From assembly GCA_001662655.1 (NCBI GenBank), contig KV460286.1: a stretch of 64,000 nt of DNA, one strand, 5' to 3'. The first letter of the stretch is position 1. Every line of letters starts with the position of its first letter. The position numbers and the translations under genes were made by a program. The DNA comes from Pseudogymnoascus verrucosus. Lineage: Eukaryota. This document shows positions 12,101 to 25,112 of the stretch, piece by piece. The notes beneath the pieces are model-generated. The model had not been told where the DNA came from. It worked only from the letters and a program-made list of their open reading frames with translations, and ran no database searches.

Positions 12101-15100
12101 CTACCGAGAATATGAAGAGAATGCCGACGACGAACCCGAACCTCCAAGAGAAGCGTAAACGGGCATATCAGAGCGAAAGGACTGAGTATTCGAACCAAGC
12201 CCACTACGATTGACTATTCCAGTATCATGACTTACGCGAGGTCGGTCCATCGTAGCACGACTTGGACCATCGTTGTTACCAAAAAGGAAGACAAGCTCGT
12301 CCCTTCCCAGCCTACCAACGCTGCGACTGGCATTCTCATCCAGGGCGGCATCGACAAACTTGCGCTTGCGATTCTGAAGCTCAATGATGCGATCTTCCAC
12401 AGTACCCTCCACCAAAATCCTATGAACACTGACCGGTTTCTGCTGCCCGATGCGATGTGCACGGTCAACAGCCTGCATTTCCACAAATGGATTCCTATAT
12501 AATAATCAGTTGAAGTCCGCACGAACATGGCTTGTATAGTCCTACCAGAATGGGTCAAGAATAATTACTTGTGAGGCAGCAACTAGGTTTAGTCCTGCAT
12601 TGCCAGCCTTCAACGAGACCAGAAGGATCTTGCACCTCGGATCATCGGTAAATCTGACAATGGCGTTATTACGTGCGTCTGCACTCATACCTCCATCGTA
12701 ACGCCCAAATCCAATCCTTTCACTGTGGATGGGAACTTCCATAAGATCAAGTAGTGTGGTGAATTGACTGAAGATTATCGTCTTAACATCAGGAGCCGAA
12801 TTTCGCAGGATGTCCATGCATTTATCGATCTTGGATGAGGAAACCCAGTTCTTCTTCAGGTAACGCATATACTGACGACAGCCATCTGCGCTTTTGGATG
12901 CCTTTTTTTTCAGCTCAGCCAATGATACGTGCTTGTCCTCTGACTTTTTCCCAGTCTTCTTCCTCTTGGGCAGCTTTTTCGACCGATGAGATTTCTTCGA
13001 CTTGTCTTTGGAAACATCCTTGCTTCCTAGTGGCTTTGATTTGCTGGCCAACTGGCTCTTCTCATCTTCTCGCTTTGGTTGGCCACGAAAGGTTGCGAAA
13101 ATATCGGCAGGCAAGTCATCATCGCTTCCATCACTAGCTCCCAGCATCTTAGAAAGAGCTTCCTTGCCCTCTTCCTCATATTTTATGGCCTCCTTCTTGC
13201 AATCGACCTCTATTTTCGGTTTGGTTTCCTTTGCTCTCGTCTCGAGGTCATCATCTTCGTCAGAAGAAGTCTCATAATCATCAGGAACAATGAAGTCCCT
13301 AATGTTACCGTTCTCGTCAGTCTCTTCAGGTCCGCTATCTGAGTCCGAATCTGAGTCCGAATCATAGCTGTCGCTATCTCCATCATCAATGTCATCAGCG
13401 TTGCTCGTCAGAGATTCAGAGTTGGGCATGTGAGCGCGTTGGAATGTTTCGTAGTCGATGATTTTTTTGAAATCGACCGCGCCACGACAGGTGGGACATT
13501 TTGCTGATGTCGAGTCTTCACCGTTGGCAATAGCCTGGTCAAAACTGCTTGTTATCCTGACGAGGCATTGTGCACAAGTATCATGGCCACAAGGTACCAC
13601 AATACTGGGATTTGGAACTGGATCATAGCAGACGGGACACTCAAATGGAACTGTTGCATCCATGATACGACCAATAACATCTGGGAGAAGAGTTTTCGCC
13701 AGATTGAGCATCTCCTCTGCAGTTGCCTCTGTGGGGGCCTCTTCATAGTCCATAATGAGATGAGGATGACAGGCGGCCTGGCGAAGTCTCAAAAGGAGGA
13801 CAAGGATATTAGAATAATTCTTGCCGATTGTACCAGCTTTGAGGTACTTGTTGAACTGAAGCTGGGTCTTCTTCTCTAGTGAAGTATAGTACTCCTGTTC
13901 GTCCTCGTTGAATATGGCATTTGAAACCACTTCCGTCTTTTCAGGCAGAACCAAAATTGGCTTCCCATCAATCTGAGATTGCTTGGTTCGGCGTAAAAGG
14001 ATGGCCTTCAAGACTGCCTGGAGTTTCTTCATAGCTCTTTTCATATTGTACTCGGAGCCGGTGCCTTTCGTTAGGCAGGAGAACTCCTGGTAAATGTTAG
14101 ATCAACCTTGTACCCAGTGAGAGAGCTACTTACGGATGAGAATCTGCTATATTCATTGTAAGGCTTGATTTTTAAGAAATGTATCAAGCTATATAACTCG
14201 TGGACACCATTCATCATCGGGGTTCCTGTCAGACAGAATCTTGTCTCGGCATCTAACAGAGAAGCAGCCTGAGCCGACTTGGTGTTTCTGTTTTTGATGC
14301 ATTGAGCTTCATCTAGGACTACACGGTACCACCTAGAGTTCCTTCCCAAGAAAGGAAGGGTTGACTGGTAAGGCGTGTCATCCATGCCAGGGTGGGCTTC
14401 TTTTCTCTTCTCGATGTCCAAGTATCTTTTGTACTCAGCAGCGAGTGTTCCGTATGTTGTCAACACCACATCATGCGTACGGAGAGTTGACCAAGTCGCC
14501 TTCTTTCCTGAATGGTAAACAAACGTGCTGAGCCTATGACTAGATACAATCTTAGAAAGTATTTCACGCTCCCATTGCCTTATCAAAGCGACAGGGCCAA
14601 CAATAAGAGTAGTCTATACACGTTAGTACAAGTGTCACGGAGACCAGCAGGCCTATGGTGAATAAAGAAATAGGAAACATACCTTCCGCGCCTTGTTATG
14701 CGAAGGACGGGATAACAGCAACGCCAGAGTGCTAATTGTCTTTCCGAGGCCCATATCATCAGCCAAGATACCGCCCTTGTTGGAACCCTCTTCCATCGAT
14801 TTCAGCCACGTAAGTGCCAGTTTCTGATGTTCATATAACGGATATTTAAGACCCTCCGGTGTGCCCTCCCTATCCTCTACAGGTATCTCGGTGTCGGGTC
14901 GAATGTTCTCCAAGAGATCTTGTATTTCTTTCTCTGTTTTTCGCGGGTCGGTGACGTAGTTATAGATCTCCCCAGCTAGACCTTGGTTCAATCTATCTCG
15001 CATAGCAACGTAATCAACAGCGCTGGTCTGGTTAAGAATTTGTGCCAGTGGAGCATCCATCGCCGGGGATGCCATGCTTGGATATGCACCGCTAATCGAT

Positions 15101-16381
15101 TGTCCATAGGCGTTGGGATAGTAACTATTGTTACTAGGATATCCACCCAAATAGGGCAGGGTAGAAGGTGGACCCTGGCGTGTATATGATAGGTAGCTTC
15201 CAAAACCTACATTGGTGGGGTGTGGCGATCTCGACAGATGGTGCCCTCGCCTATTCTCACGGAAGTCGGCCGAGGAAATGATTTCAATGTCTGAATCACT
15301 GTCTTGATCGGGGTAAGAGCCCGGCATTTTAGAAGGAGTGTTTGAGCTAAGTGTAGAGTGAGACGCCGGACCATTAAGCGTCAGATTCACAGATTGATGA
15401 ACATGAGGTCTCTGACCTGGCTGCGAGCCTTGTGTGGCAGCTGGAACTTCGTTATCCTGGGAGTTTGTATTTTGAGAGTCTTTTTTCTGGGATCTTGATG
15501 GGGGTGGGTGATGTGAAATTCCCATCATACGATCATAAGCAGAGGGCCTCTTTGATGCAACAGGACGGATTTCAGATTGAGAAGGTGAAGAAGCAGAGTA
15601 CCCATCTTGGAGGTGGCGCGCATACTCTCTATCCTTTTTCAATTTTGCTGCTGCTTCTTCGATTTCCCTCTGTCTGATCTTGTGCAACTCCAATTCACGG
15701 GTGACAGGGTCGGTGTAGGTGGTAGCGTATGAGGTCGAAGCACCAGTCGACGGGTTTGGAGAAGTACGCCTTGACTTGCTTCCAGTCTTTCGCGAGCTAT
15801 CCAGTCCATGCAGCCCCTCAAACGATCTTTTTCTAGATGGTAGGCTGAAGTTTGCACTTGGATCTTTGATTGCTGTAGACCCAGAAGCCGAGCCTGATGG
15901 CGGGTGAGAGGGGTCCATTGTGTTGGCTGTAAGGCATCGTCAGCTGGAGATGCGAAGATAACGGTGTAAAGGAATGGGAGTTTAGTTAAGGGTCCGAGAT
16001 GAATGGGAGGAAGTGCTGGCGCGGATACTTGCGACGAGGGAATATGCAGAATAACTCACAAGAAAACGGGTCAGTGGATGTAGGGTTGTAATTGGAAAAG
16101 GGAGAGGCGGATCCAAAGTTGTTTGTATGTTGTTGTTGTTGTGATATATCCCCCCCAAGCACCGAGGCGCCAATGTGCGGTCCTGTTACCCCTCCTCGAA
16201 GTGCCCTCAATTGCGTCTCAATACGGGCGATCTCAGCCTTGATGTCTGTTTCGGCCTGTTCAGATCCCTCCGTGGTCTTATCAAGTGTAAGGAGAAGAGT
16301 TTTTTGGAAGACCAACTCATCGGCTAGTTCATCAGGAGAGACATAGGCCTCTAGAGGGGATATGTGCGAGGCGAACGCCAT
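12101..16381 (-). CDS. SNF2-family helicase with inserted RING finger (Uls1/Ris1/Rad5-16 group), ~5 exons
   Basis: GGILADDMGLGKT, VVLDEAQCIKN, CLTGTPMMN, RING CPVC...PCGHDTCAQC...CPTCR, SLKAGNAGLNL, QAVDRAHRIGQ. SIM-like DIEIISS. Most resembles Uls1/Ris1. Confidence 0.9.
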
Positions 16382-17103
16382 ATTTGGGAGAAAGAAGGTG
16401 CCGAAAAGATCGGCCAGAAGTTCGTCTTAAATGGCAGGAGCTACCTTACTCAGGGCAAGACCAGTCTAGGCCGAGCGGGAAAGAGAAAGAAGGTAATCGG
16501 GTGTATAAGTGTTCATGTAGTAGGGAATGATGGTGGCGACATGGGAAATATGAGGCTCTACGTTCCTCCTTCCTCCTTCGCCCTCCGCCTTTCCTCCTTC
16601 CTCTTCCTCAGCCTTTCCGATACTTCCTTTACTTTCCAGGGCGGCCTTTACATTGGTCACGCCACAGGACGAGTCAAAATAAGGCAGAATCAGGCAAGAT
16701 AAGACGAGGCAAGGCTGAATGGGGTGTGCTCAGGCAAGTGCAGCGGGCTGGCGAATACTGGCGAATAGATACCTCAGTGGGTGATCTAAGGGGCGGGTTA
16801 TTGGGTATACGGATCGGATGTGCTGGCGATGTGTAATGTTTAGGCTTGGGGTGTAGAGTAAGAGCCGCATCAGTTTGGTGGCGACAGTAGAGGTATGCGC
16901 GGTATGCGCGCCGGACAGTCGTTAACCTATCTGTTTATCCCCACCACGCCATGTATGGGCCCAACCTCTCTCCCGCGTCACTGCGCGTGTATAAATGGGA
17001 TAAAAATTTGGTGATCTAGCCGGGTTCCAAAATCCACAACACTAGGCTACTTGCAGATTTAGTACCTGCGAGAGCCGCCTGGCTACCTAGAGTGTCGAAT
17101 CGG

Positions 17104-17153
17104 GTAAATCATACCAATAAACCATACCGATAAATCATACAGATAAATCATAC
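17104..17153. repeat. Minisatellite, four copies of a 12-bp unit (ATAAATCATACC-like)
   Basis: taaatcataccaataaaccataccgataaatcatacagataaatcatacc. Confidence 0.8.
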
Positions 17154-17393
17154 CTACTCTTGTACGTACATAGTATGGTAGGTACCCAAATTTACAAAAG
17201 TTACCAAGTTACAGATAAGTGAGGCAAATACAAAAGAAAGTAGGTAACCTTAGACAGCCACTAAAACAGGGCTGCCGCCTTGTGACATACAAACTTGAAA
17301 TAAATTGCATATTATGGTGCGGAAAGGGCGTTAGCAGTTTCGTCTTTACTGATATACATTTACTGCTACACATCGTTGTCCGTCGCCTTGATC

Positions 17394-19190
17394 TTACGTA
17401 AAGTCATACACCACCAGTGCCTTCCCTCCATCTTCAGCCTCCTTCAAGACAACCACAACCTCGTCGTCAAACCCTATCCAGTCCCCTCTGTTCGTTGTCT
17501 GAACGCTGCCGGTTCCTGTTCCTGTTCCTGTGGTATGCGCTTCTCCGCGCACCCGCACACTTTCCTCATTCACTACTCTCCGTGACCTTAGCCCTCGTTC
17601 TAATTCCCACACACGGAGCTCCTCTCCTCCGGAACTTATGCTGACTGCCTTGCCACGTACTCCCACATGTGCGCCTGACACAGATGATGTATGCCCCCAG
17701 AGCGTCCTCGCTGCACTGATCTTCAGATCGTCCAGCGTTGATGTCACCAAATAGAGTGCGAGCGTATTGTTCGAATGGCTCGCCAAAAGGTAAGGGTGAG
17801 AGTAGCTGAGGCTAGATGGCCGTGGATTGGTGGGCGGCCTTCCAGGGCCGGCAGCATTAGGAGCTGAGCTGGACGTTGATGGTGAATTCTCGGCTGAAGA
17901 GGATATCGGTGACAATAGAGGATGGAAGCCCGGTTCTATCGCAGACGCGAGGCGGGAGTGCGAAATAGTACCGTTGTGAGAAATGTGAAGTTCTTGGAGA
18001 CCAACAGACCAGCCACTAGAGTAAGTAGGTAGTGCATAGGCTATCGAAGCTATTATTGTTTTTGGAGTGGCCCTTATTGAGAGTGAAAGTGGAGGCCAAG
18101 TAGTCTGAGACTTGAGCGAGGTAATAAGTCGTGTAGACATGGTCTTAGTTGGAGGTTTGTCACCTGTAGAGAAGGTTCTGTTTGGGGCCTCCAATACATC
18201 GACGTCGCAAATTGATGTGCATGATTTAGAGGCGGCTTTGTCTTCGAGGATATATAAGGACAAGGCCTGGTCCTCTGTAACTGTTAGTAGATGTGGGTGA
18301 GAATAAGCGGCAGCAACCAGCGAGGCACCCTCCTCACCCGACCCGGACCTCGATAATATCTTCAAGAAGACTCCGTCCATCTCCACCGATGTGATATCAA
18401 ACTTCCAAATTCCAAACCCGCCATTCTTGAAGCCAATAGCGGCTCTCACCGCGCCAGTTTCTAAAGTATAGTCCAGTGCCAAAGCAGTGGGTGCTGATTG
18501 GGAATCATTATCGAGATCCACTCGTGCAATACATTTGCTGCTCGCGCCATTCCTCTGTAAATCCCACACACGGAGGCCACTAGAATGGTCAACGGTTACT
18601 ACTTTTCCATCGACAATTCTAACCATCAAGCTCCCTGTGTCTGGATTCTTGTCCTCCTGTCCTATTGGGTGAGTATCCATCCCCTGTCCGTCTGCCACCA
18701 ATCCAATTTCTCTCACATCTGCAGAACCTCGACTCCAGTTATGCTTTAATCGGTACTTGGCCTTCCAGTCTATGCGCGACACCGTGGGTTTCTCAACATG
18801 GCCTCCCGTAGGATCAAGGCCCTTTTGATGTTTAGTTTTTTGTTGCTTTACCCAATAATCTTCCTTATTGGCATCTTTCCCATCTCTTTTCCTAACACTT
18901 GGCCGAACAAACCGATCCCAATAGAGGCTTCGCCACACCTCGCCGTCGGTGCTTAATGCTAGCCATCGCTTTGATACGCCGTGACATAGAAGTACCGTAG
19001 TAACAGGAAGAAATTGTAAAATTCTAATGAGGATTTCATCTGAAAGACATGAAATCATGTCCCCATCAGAGTTGCAGTTTGCTCCCTCATGGGGGAGGAG
19101 TCGTGGCCTTTTGCTTTCAGGTTCATCAAAACCATCAAAGGCCCCTGTGCGTTTCTTTGCGGGCATTATCTTGTGTTTTTTTGAATCCAT
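17394..19190 (-). CDS. F-box protein with degenerate WD40-like C-terminus, intronless
   Basis: F-box 'ISCLSDEILIRILQFLP...VSKRW', plus 'LWGHTSSVSGAHV' and 'LRVWELE' WD-like segments. Confidence 0.85.
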   Translation of the reverse strand: MDSKKHKIMPAKKRTGAFDGFDEPESKRPRLLPHEGANCNSDGDMISCLSDEILIRILQFLPVTTVLLCHGVSKRWLALSTDGEVWRSLYWDRFVRPSVRKRDGKDANKEDYWVKQQKTKHQKGLDPTGGHVEKPTVSRIDWKAKYRLKHNWSRGSADVREIGLVADGQGMDTHPIGQEDKNPDTGSLMVRIVDGKVVTVDHSSGLRVWDLQRNGASSKCIARVDLDNDSQSAPTALALDYTLETGAVRAAIGFKNGGFGIWKFDITSVEMDGVFLKILSRSGSGEEGASLVAAAYSHPHLLTVTEDQALSLYILEDKAASKSCTSICDVDVLEAPNRTFSTGDKPPTKTMSTRLITSLKSQTTWPPLSLSIRATPKTIIASIAYALPTYSSGWSVGLQELHISHNGTISHSRLASAIEPGFHPLLSPISSSAENSPSTSSSAPNAAGPGRPPTNPRPSSLSYSHPYLLASHSNNTLALYLVTSTLDDLKISAARTLWGHTSSVSGAHVGVRGKAVSISSGGEELRVWELERGLRSRRVVNEESVRVRGEAHTTGTGTGTGSVQTTNRGDWIGFDDEVVVVLKEAEDGGKALVVYDFT

Positions 19191-19755
19191 TTCTGCGTCC
19201 TTTCCTTTCCAAGGGCTGATATTCCAGTGTCGAAGTCGGCCTATAAATTATATCCCCACACGGGGGTCATCGGCGTAGTATAATCTCCCTGTGATGTGTA
19301 GGGGAAAATATTGATTAGGTTCAAGCAAAGACCACTTATTTCTAGTAATGGATGGCAAGTGCTTTCCTGGTTTTCTTTCCTGGTTTCCTCCTCAATATAG
19401 TCAGACAGCGTGGTGTGCACGTGGTGGTACGTGGGTGACTGGCTGTAATGACGAGTTGTGCTCCACTGATGCTGTACGTGGCGCCGGCAGTATCCCCAGA
19501 TAAGGAAGAATAATAATCCGAGTGGAGTATTGTGTTGATATGGGACACGAACGCGTTTCAAGGCAGATACCGAATCTCATTGCTTCATTCTGCTTTCATA
19601 TCCTATGAATTGGAACGCGTACTAATTAATATGTTAAGATTGTTTCTTTGATATTGCAAGACCTTAGGTCTAACCTGTGGTGGTATTACGTTGGTGCTGT
19701 TGACGCCAGTCTCCGAAAAGCAGATTCAAAGACCTTGCCTGTCCAAACGGCGAAC

Positions 19756-21161
19756 ATGGCAACTACTATCGACCCAGTGCTCCGCAGCCGGGTTTTGAAG
19801 GTCGTCTTCATTTCTCTTCTACTAGATCTTGTATGTCCCTACCACAATGTTTAGGTTTGAACAAAGGCTAAGTGCTGCGCTAGATATCTTTCACCTTCAT
19901 CCTTCCTCTCTTTCCTCGATTACTGGAGTTCTACCGCTCCTTGGAACCAACCGACATTGAATCATCTCCCACCGTTTTAACGAGCGTTTTGCGTTCTCTT
20001 AATTCGTACAAGAACGCATTCTCCCGTCCCATCGACTCTCGCTATGATATCGTGATACTCGGCGGCGCACTTGGCTCTCTGTTTTCAGGCCTCCAGGCAA
20101 TCGCTGCCCCCATCATCGGGGCCTTGTCTGATAAGTACGGCAGGAGGAAAGCCCTGCTAATCAGCATGTGTGGAAATATTGCGAGCGTGCTGTTATGGCT
20201 TCTGGCCACCGATTTTAGAACCTTCTTACTGAGTAGAGTCGTGGGAGGGTTGAGTGAAGGCAATGTGCAGATCGCAACTGCGATAGCCACGGATATTAGT
20301 GACGACAAGCAGAGAGGAGCGACAATGGCCTTGGTGGGTGCCTGTTTTTGTATAGCTTTTACTTTTGGTCCAGCCCTTGGCGCCTATCTCAGCACCATAT
20401 CGCTTGTGGCCGCAAATCCGTTCGCAACAGCGGCCGGCTTCTCACTTTTCCTCATCGTGGTCGAAACGGTCTACCTTTTTTTTTATCTCCCAGAGACGCT
20501 CCCAGCTATTACGACGGGTACAACTCCAACCACGGGCCCTTCGTCGAAGCCAAAAGGAACTCCAGAGGCGCCAATCCGCACCAATTCGCATCTACTGCTC
20601 AACAGCACTCATCTTATGTTTATCCTTGTGTTCTCTGGCATGGAATTCTCTCTTCCCTTCATGACGCATGACCTATTTCACTACAGCGCCGGTTCTAATG
20701 GTCGGCTACTTGGTTACATTGGCCTCATCGCTTCTATCCTTCAGGGCGGCGTCACTCGGCGACTCCCTCCACTCGTTTGCGTGCGCCTTGGGGTGGTGTC
20801 ATGCCTTATTGCTTTCATTATTCTCTCGACCACCACTACTGTTGTTGGATTATATGCTGCATCTACATTATTGGCAGTGACGACGGCGACTGTAGTAACA
20901 GGACTTAACGCCCTAAGCAGCTTTGAAGCCGGTGCAGGTGAGAGAGGCGGGAAATTGGGAAATTTAAGGAGCTGGGGTCAGATTGGGCGTGCGATCGGGC
21001 CATTGGCATTCTGCAGTCTTTACTGGTGGGCAGGCAGAAATATTGCGTACCAGAGTGGTGCTGTGGCAATGATGGTAGTGGTTGGGTTTGTTTTTGTGGG
21101 ATTGAAAGACCCAAGGAAACAGGAGACATTGACTGATTTGAAGGAGAAAAAAGAGATATAA
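19756..21161 (+). CDS. MFS transporter, tetracycline-transporter-like (MFSD10/TETRAN type), 2 exons
   Basis: Motif A 'GALSDKYGRRKAL', 'SRVVGGLSEGNVQIATAIATDIS', 'FTFGPALGA'. First exon MATTIDPV..SLLLDL is followed by intron 19831-19883. Confidence 0.88.
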
Positions 21162-21653
21162 AGATACGAAACTCTGTAAGATATGAAGTTCTGTGACAGA
21201 GACTGCACATCATGACCATTACATTGAGAGACTCCTTCTTATATCCTTTGATTACTTGGTAACCCTGACAAGACGCAACTCTCAAAACATATTTGTTACT
21301 TTTATTGATAAAGTAGCAAGTTTGCAACACTACCATTAAACATCTTGTCCATCTTTAAATCTATAACCCTTATCCTTCAGGAAATGAAATTATATCTCGA
21401 ATCTGTTAGGAAAAGGCTTGCGAAATTACCATGGCACTTCCATAAGAAGGTCTGAGAGGATGGCAGTCCCTCATATCCATGTGAATAATGTATGCCTAGT
21501 ATGTCAGGTTCGGAACTAACCACTGCCTCGGCACGACCCTTTGTCCCAGCATTCGCTCTCTCATTATGATGCATCTCCACGACATAACCGTCATTTCATG
21601 CCACTGTTACTTCTGCCATCCCGAAGGTTAGATCCTTACGCATCTTCAATCTG

Positions 21654-22979
21654 ATGGCCACGACGGATTTATACGATAGCGCTCTTGCGCCTACCGCCTC
21701 ACCCTCGATTTCCGTGTCGCTTCCTCCTACTCCACCACGTTCAACATCCGATCCTACAGATACGCACGCTTCGGAATCTGTATATACGGCGTCTCAGCCT
21801 CCTCAGCCTTCAGTTATGCAGTCCCAGCTACCCGAGGGCGTCGACGCGAACTCACCTTCAATCCTGTCTATGCTCAAATCCGTTCCGAACCATTTGCACG
21901 CCAACCTCCCTATGCCACATGAATGGCCCTCTCTCTACTCTGGATTCGTTCTCAAAAATGCGTCCTCTGTTGCGCAAATCGAATCGGCACTCCGTAGCCT
22001 CACTTACATCATCCCTGGCCGGTTTCGCGACGCTGAGATTGCCTCGGAATCTCTTCATTCCTCTATCCAGCTGCTCTCACTATATCACGACTCACTATTA
22101 GCTCGCGCTGTCGCAAGATTACCTGGCATGCCGCGTGTCGATAATCCCCATACTCGGTATACGAAATACTGGACAGGGAAGTCGAAGGTATATACAAGGG
22201 TTGCATTGGTGCTCCAATGCGCGCAGTATACGGAGCTGTTGTGGGAGATGACCGCGAAACGACGCGGGGAGAAAGTCCGATGGCGAGTTGTGGTACTCAT
22301 AGAAGCGCTGAAGGCTTTCTGCCGACTGTTACTCTTGCGTATAACTGGCGGGCGCATGGTTGTCCCACCGTTACCCGACCGGGAGCCGATCCCAGAGGAG
22401 CCTACAGATGACAACGAGTTAGAGTATGGGGAGGATGAGTTTTTTGTCAAAGAGGAGAAGAAGCCAAAGGAATGGTCAATGCCGCGGACCGGTCTAACTC
22501 TCCCGGCTCTACCGAGCCCCAGTGATATCAGCAGCTTTCTCATGCGAAAGGTTCTGACCGCTGATGACATCAAGCCCGCCACGACTCTCCTGTCACGCAT
22601 CTCTGGAACGGCACATCTCGCAGAGGTTCTCCATATCCTTCGACCAGTACTATACGCCATCGCCATGTCGCGAAACAAGGACAAGAAGAGCTGGCGGCCA
22701 TGGCTTTTTGCGATCGCCATTGAACTCTCTGCGAGACAGTTGCGAGCTGAGAGAGGGCGTAATGGAACGCGGGAGACAGCGCTGGAGAAAGAAGAATGGA
22801 ATAGGAGAGGGCGGGCTATGGGTTGGTGGACGTTGAGAGGTGCGTTCTATGAGAATGTGACGAAAGGCTGGGTGCAAAGCTTGGTGGGTGCTAAGTACAT
22901 GCCGGGCTTGGTGGGAGGTATTCTGGAGGATTATGCATTTTTATGGGAGGAGTATCATTTCGCATCTGATGATATGTAA
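21654..22979 (+). CDS. PEX16: Peroxisomal membrane biogenesis protein Pex16
   Basis: 'NASSVAQIESALRSLTYIIPGRFRDAEIASES', 'ELLWEMTAKRRGEKVRWRVVVLIE', 'AEVLHILRP', 'WWTLRGAFYEN'. Confidence 0.93.
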   Translation: MATTDLYDSALAPTASPSISVSLPPTPPRSTSDPTDTHASESVYTASQPPQPSVMQSQLPEGVDANSPSILSMLKSVPNHLHANLPMPHEWPSLYSGFVLKNASSVAQIESALRSLTYIIPGRFRDAEIASESLHSSIQLLSLYHDSLLARAVARLPGMPRVDNPHTRYTKYWTGKSKVYTRVALVLQCAQYTELLWEMTAKRRGEKVRWRVVVLIEALKAFCRLLLLRITGGRMVVPPLPDREPIPEEPTDDNELEYGEDEFFVKEEKKPKEWSMPRTGLTLPALPSPSDISSFLMRKVLTADDIKPATTLLSRISGTAHLAEVLHILRPVLYAIAMSRNKDKKSWRPWLFAIAIELSARQLRAERGRNGTRETALEKEEWNRRGRAMGWWTLRGAFYENVTKGWVQSLVGAKYMPGLVGGILEDYAFLWEEYHFASDDM

Positions 22980-23402
22980 GAGTCTGAAGGACGGACGCGT
23001 TAATACGAGGAAACGGCAAGAGCTGGAAGCACGACGACACGGATTTGCATCATTGCACAATCTCCAGACACGGTGCAGCAAATTGAAGTCAGCGAGCTTG
23101 TTATACTATCAAGGCGTATGGGGTGGTGGAGTCGGTAAAATATGCGGCTGGATCCACCTTCTGGGAGATTTCGTGCGGCGTTTGGTTTTACTGTATATTA
23201 TTTGATATCGTTACGTAGCATTGCACCAGTGTCATGGAACAATTATAATAACTAAACCGAAATCACAGCCAAACTTTGGACAGTATGAGACAAGCAAGCT
23301 GTAAAGCGTACAATGGGTCTAGCTTTCGCAATTGGTCTAACAAGACAATTCCTCAAACATCTCATGTCCATTCCATCCTCAAGTTTTGGGTATGGTCAAC
23401 AG

Positions 23403-25112
23403 TCAAACTCTCTTCCGCTCCGCCGCCCTCATAAACTCTGCTACCTCGTCTAATAAGGTCACGCATTCGTCTGGATTTGCCACCCACAATGTAGTAGCAA
23501 CCCTTCTCGCGCGGAAATCGTTTGCGCCATTCGCTGAAAGGAACTGGTCGCCAACATGCATCGTTCTCTTCCCTTCAATACTTCTACCAAGCCTATCCCC
23601 AAAATATTTTTGGCAGACTAGAACTCCCCAGCTCTTGTCCCCAATATCAACAAAGACGTCGTTGCCACCGTTAAAAGCACAGAAAGGGAGAGTCTTTGAG
23701 ACAGGAGACATCTCGAGAATCTTCTGCACAACAAGCACTGTCTCCTCCAGGGACTCGCGTGGAAACTTAGCACCCTGAATAGTGGGTACGATTCCGACTG
23801 CACGTTCTTTGCGGATGACAAGGGCAGAGAGGGAGAGATTCGTAATGCACTCATTGAGGGCGGCTTCGGCTTTGTCGAGGAGCGCTTGGATGACGGGTTC
23901 CGACCAGGTGAGCATATCATCAAGGATCCAGGAACGGCGTGGGACCCATTCAAGTAGATGAGGCGAAGAGATGGAATACTCGAAGAGGAAGTTTGATTCG
24001 CCCCCTAGATTCGTTAGAAGGTCACAGAGAGGGTCACAGATAACGAGAGCACTTACCCATGACAACGAGATTATGTTTTTGTTCGATAGTTAGAACTTTG
24101 GAGTCTCTGATGGCTTCAAGAAGACCATATAGGCGTTCAAAATAGCGTTCGGCTTCCGTGTAACCCGCTGCTGTGACAATACCAATTTTGGTGTTTCTGC
24201 TCATGAGGTCTAAAATGCCAAACTTAACAACTGCACGGGCTATATGACTCCGGATCAACCGTATAACTGACTAACCTATGATTCGCGTGATGACAGGATT
24301 ATCCGGTTCCAGGCTCTTCCCGTCATCATAAAGAGTCACATCACCATCGAATGTAGCCAAATCTAAGGCGCCAGCTGCTGCAACTCCCATGATCTGAGCG
24401 GTATTTAGGATAAGGCGGATATCGTTGAATGAGGGTGGCACAAAGCGCCTTGACGAGATGAACCGTAGACTATCCTGGTATTTGAATGCCTCTGCCAGAG
24501 GGAGCCGAGTAAAAAAGTTGCCAATGCTAGGAACCAGAAGCTTGAGCTTTGATTGGTGTTGGAGGCCGTCATCTTGGTGGTTGACTGGACAGTGGTTGGA
24601 GGCATAAGCTCATGAATAACACGTATCAGGTCGACGAGTAACAAGGGTATATAGACATACTGTGATCATCTATCATTTCCTCGACATCTTTCATGATCTC
24701 AGCATAGCGTCTGCAGGCTTCAGCTGCCATGTCGGCCACGGTGCCTCGTGCTTCGAAGACACCTGTAGGCTGGGAGTGCAGCACAAATGGAACAGCCAGG
24801 AGGCCCTTTATCCATTCTGGTCAGAGGTAAGCGGAGGTCATTCATGGGGGATTGACATTGGTGCAAGATAATATAAGGAAGTTTGTGAAGAGAAAGGACA
24901 CTGAGCAATAGGGAAAGGCCGAAAAATAAAATAATGCCAACAGTGGCGGCTTGCTCTCACCTATAAACTGGTCCCTTCTATGGGTCTTGAGGGCATCTAT
25001 AAGATTGGATGGCTTTAGCACATTCGACCAGCGACTCACGTGCTCTCTCACTGTGATCGTCACCTCAAGGGAGGAGCCAGAACATACACTCAACTCGGTA
25101 TCTAGTGGTCAT
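23403..25112 (-). CDS. ISN1: IMP-specific 5'-nucleotidase (HAD family), multi-exon
   Basis: Spliced N-terminus MTTRYRVEYALKTHRRDQFIEWIKGLLAVPF, then TFDGDVTLYDDG, IGIVTAAGY, FCAFNGGNDVFVDIGDKSWGV and HVGDQFLS..NDFRAR. Confidence 0.93.

Noticed and set aside
17104..17153. CRISPR-like array
   Set aside because: Contiguous 12-bp tandem units without spacers in a eukaryote; an ordinary minisatellite.
23379..23405. Stop-codon readthrough of ISN1 (TGA CTG) to a cryptic PTS1
   Set aside because: The extension would end LLTIPKT, which is not a PTS1 tripeptide.
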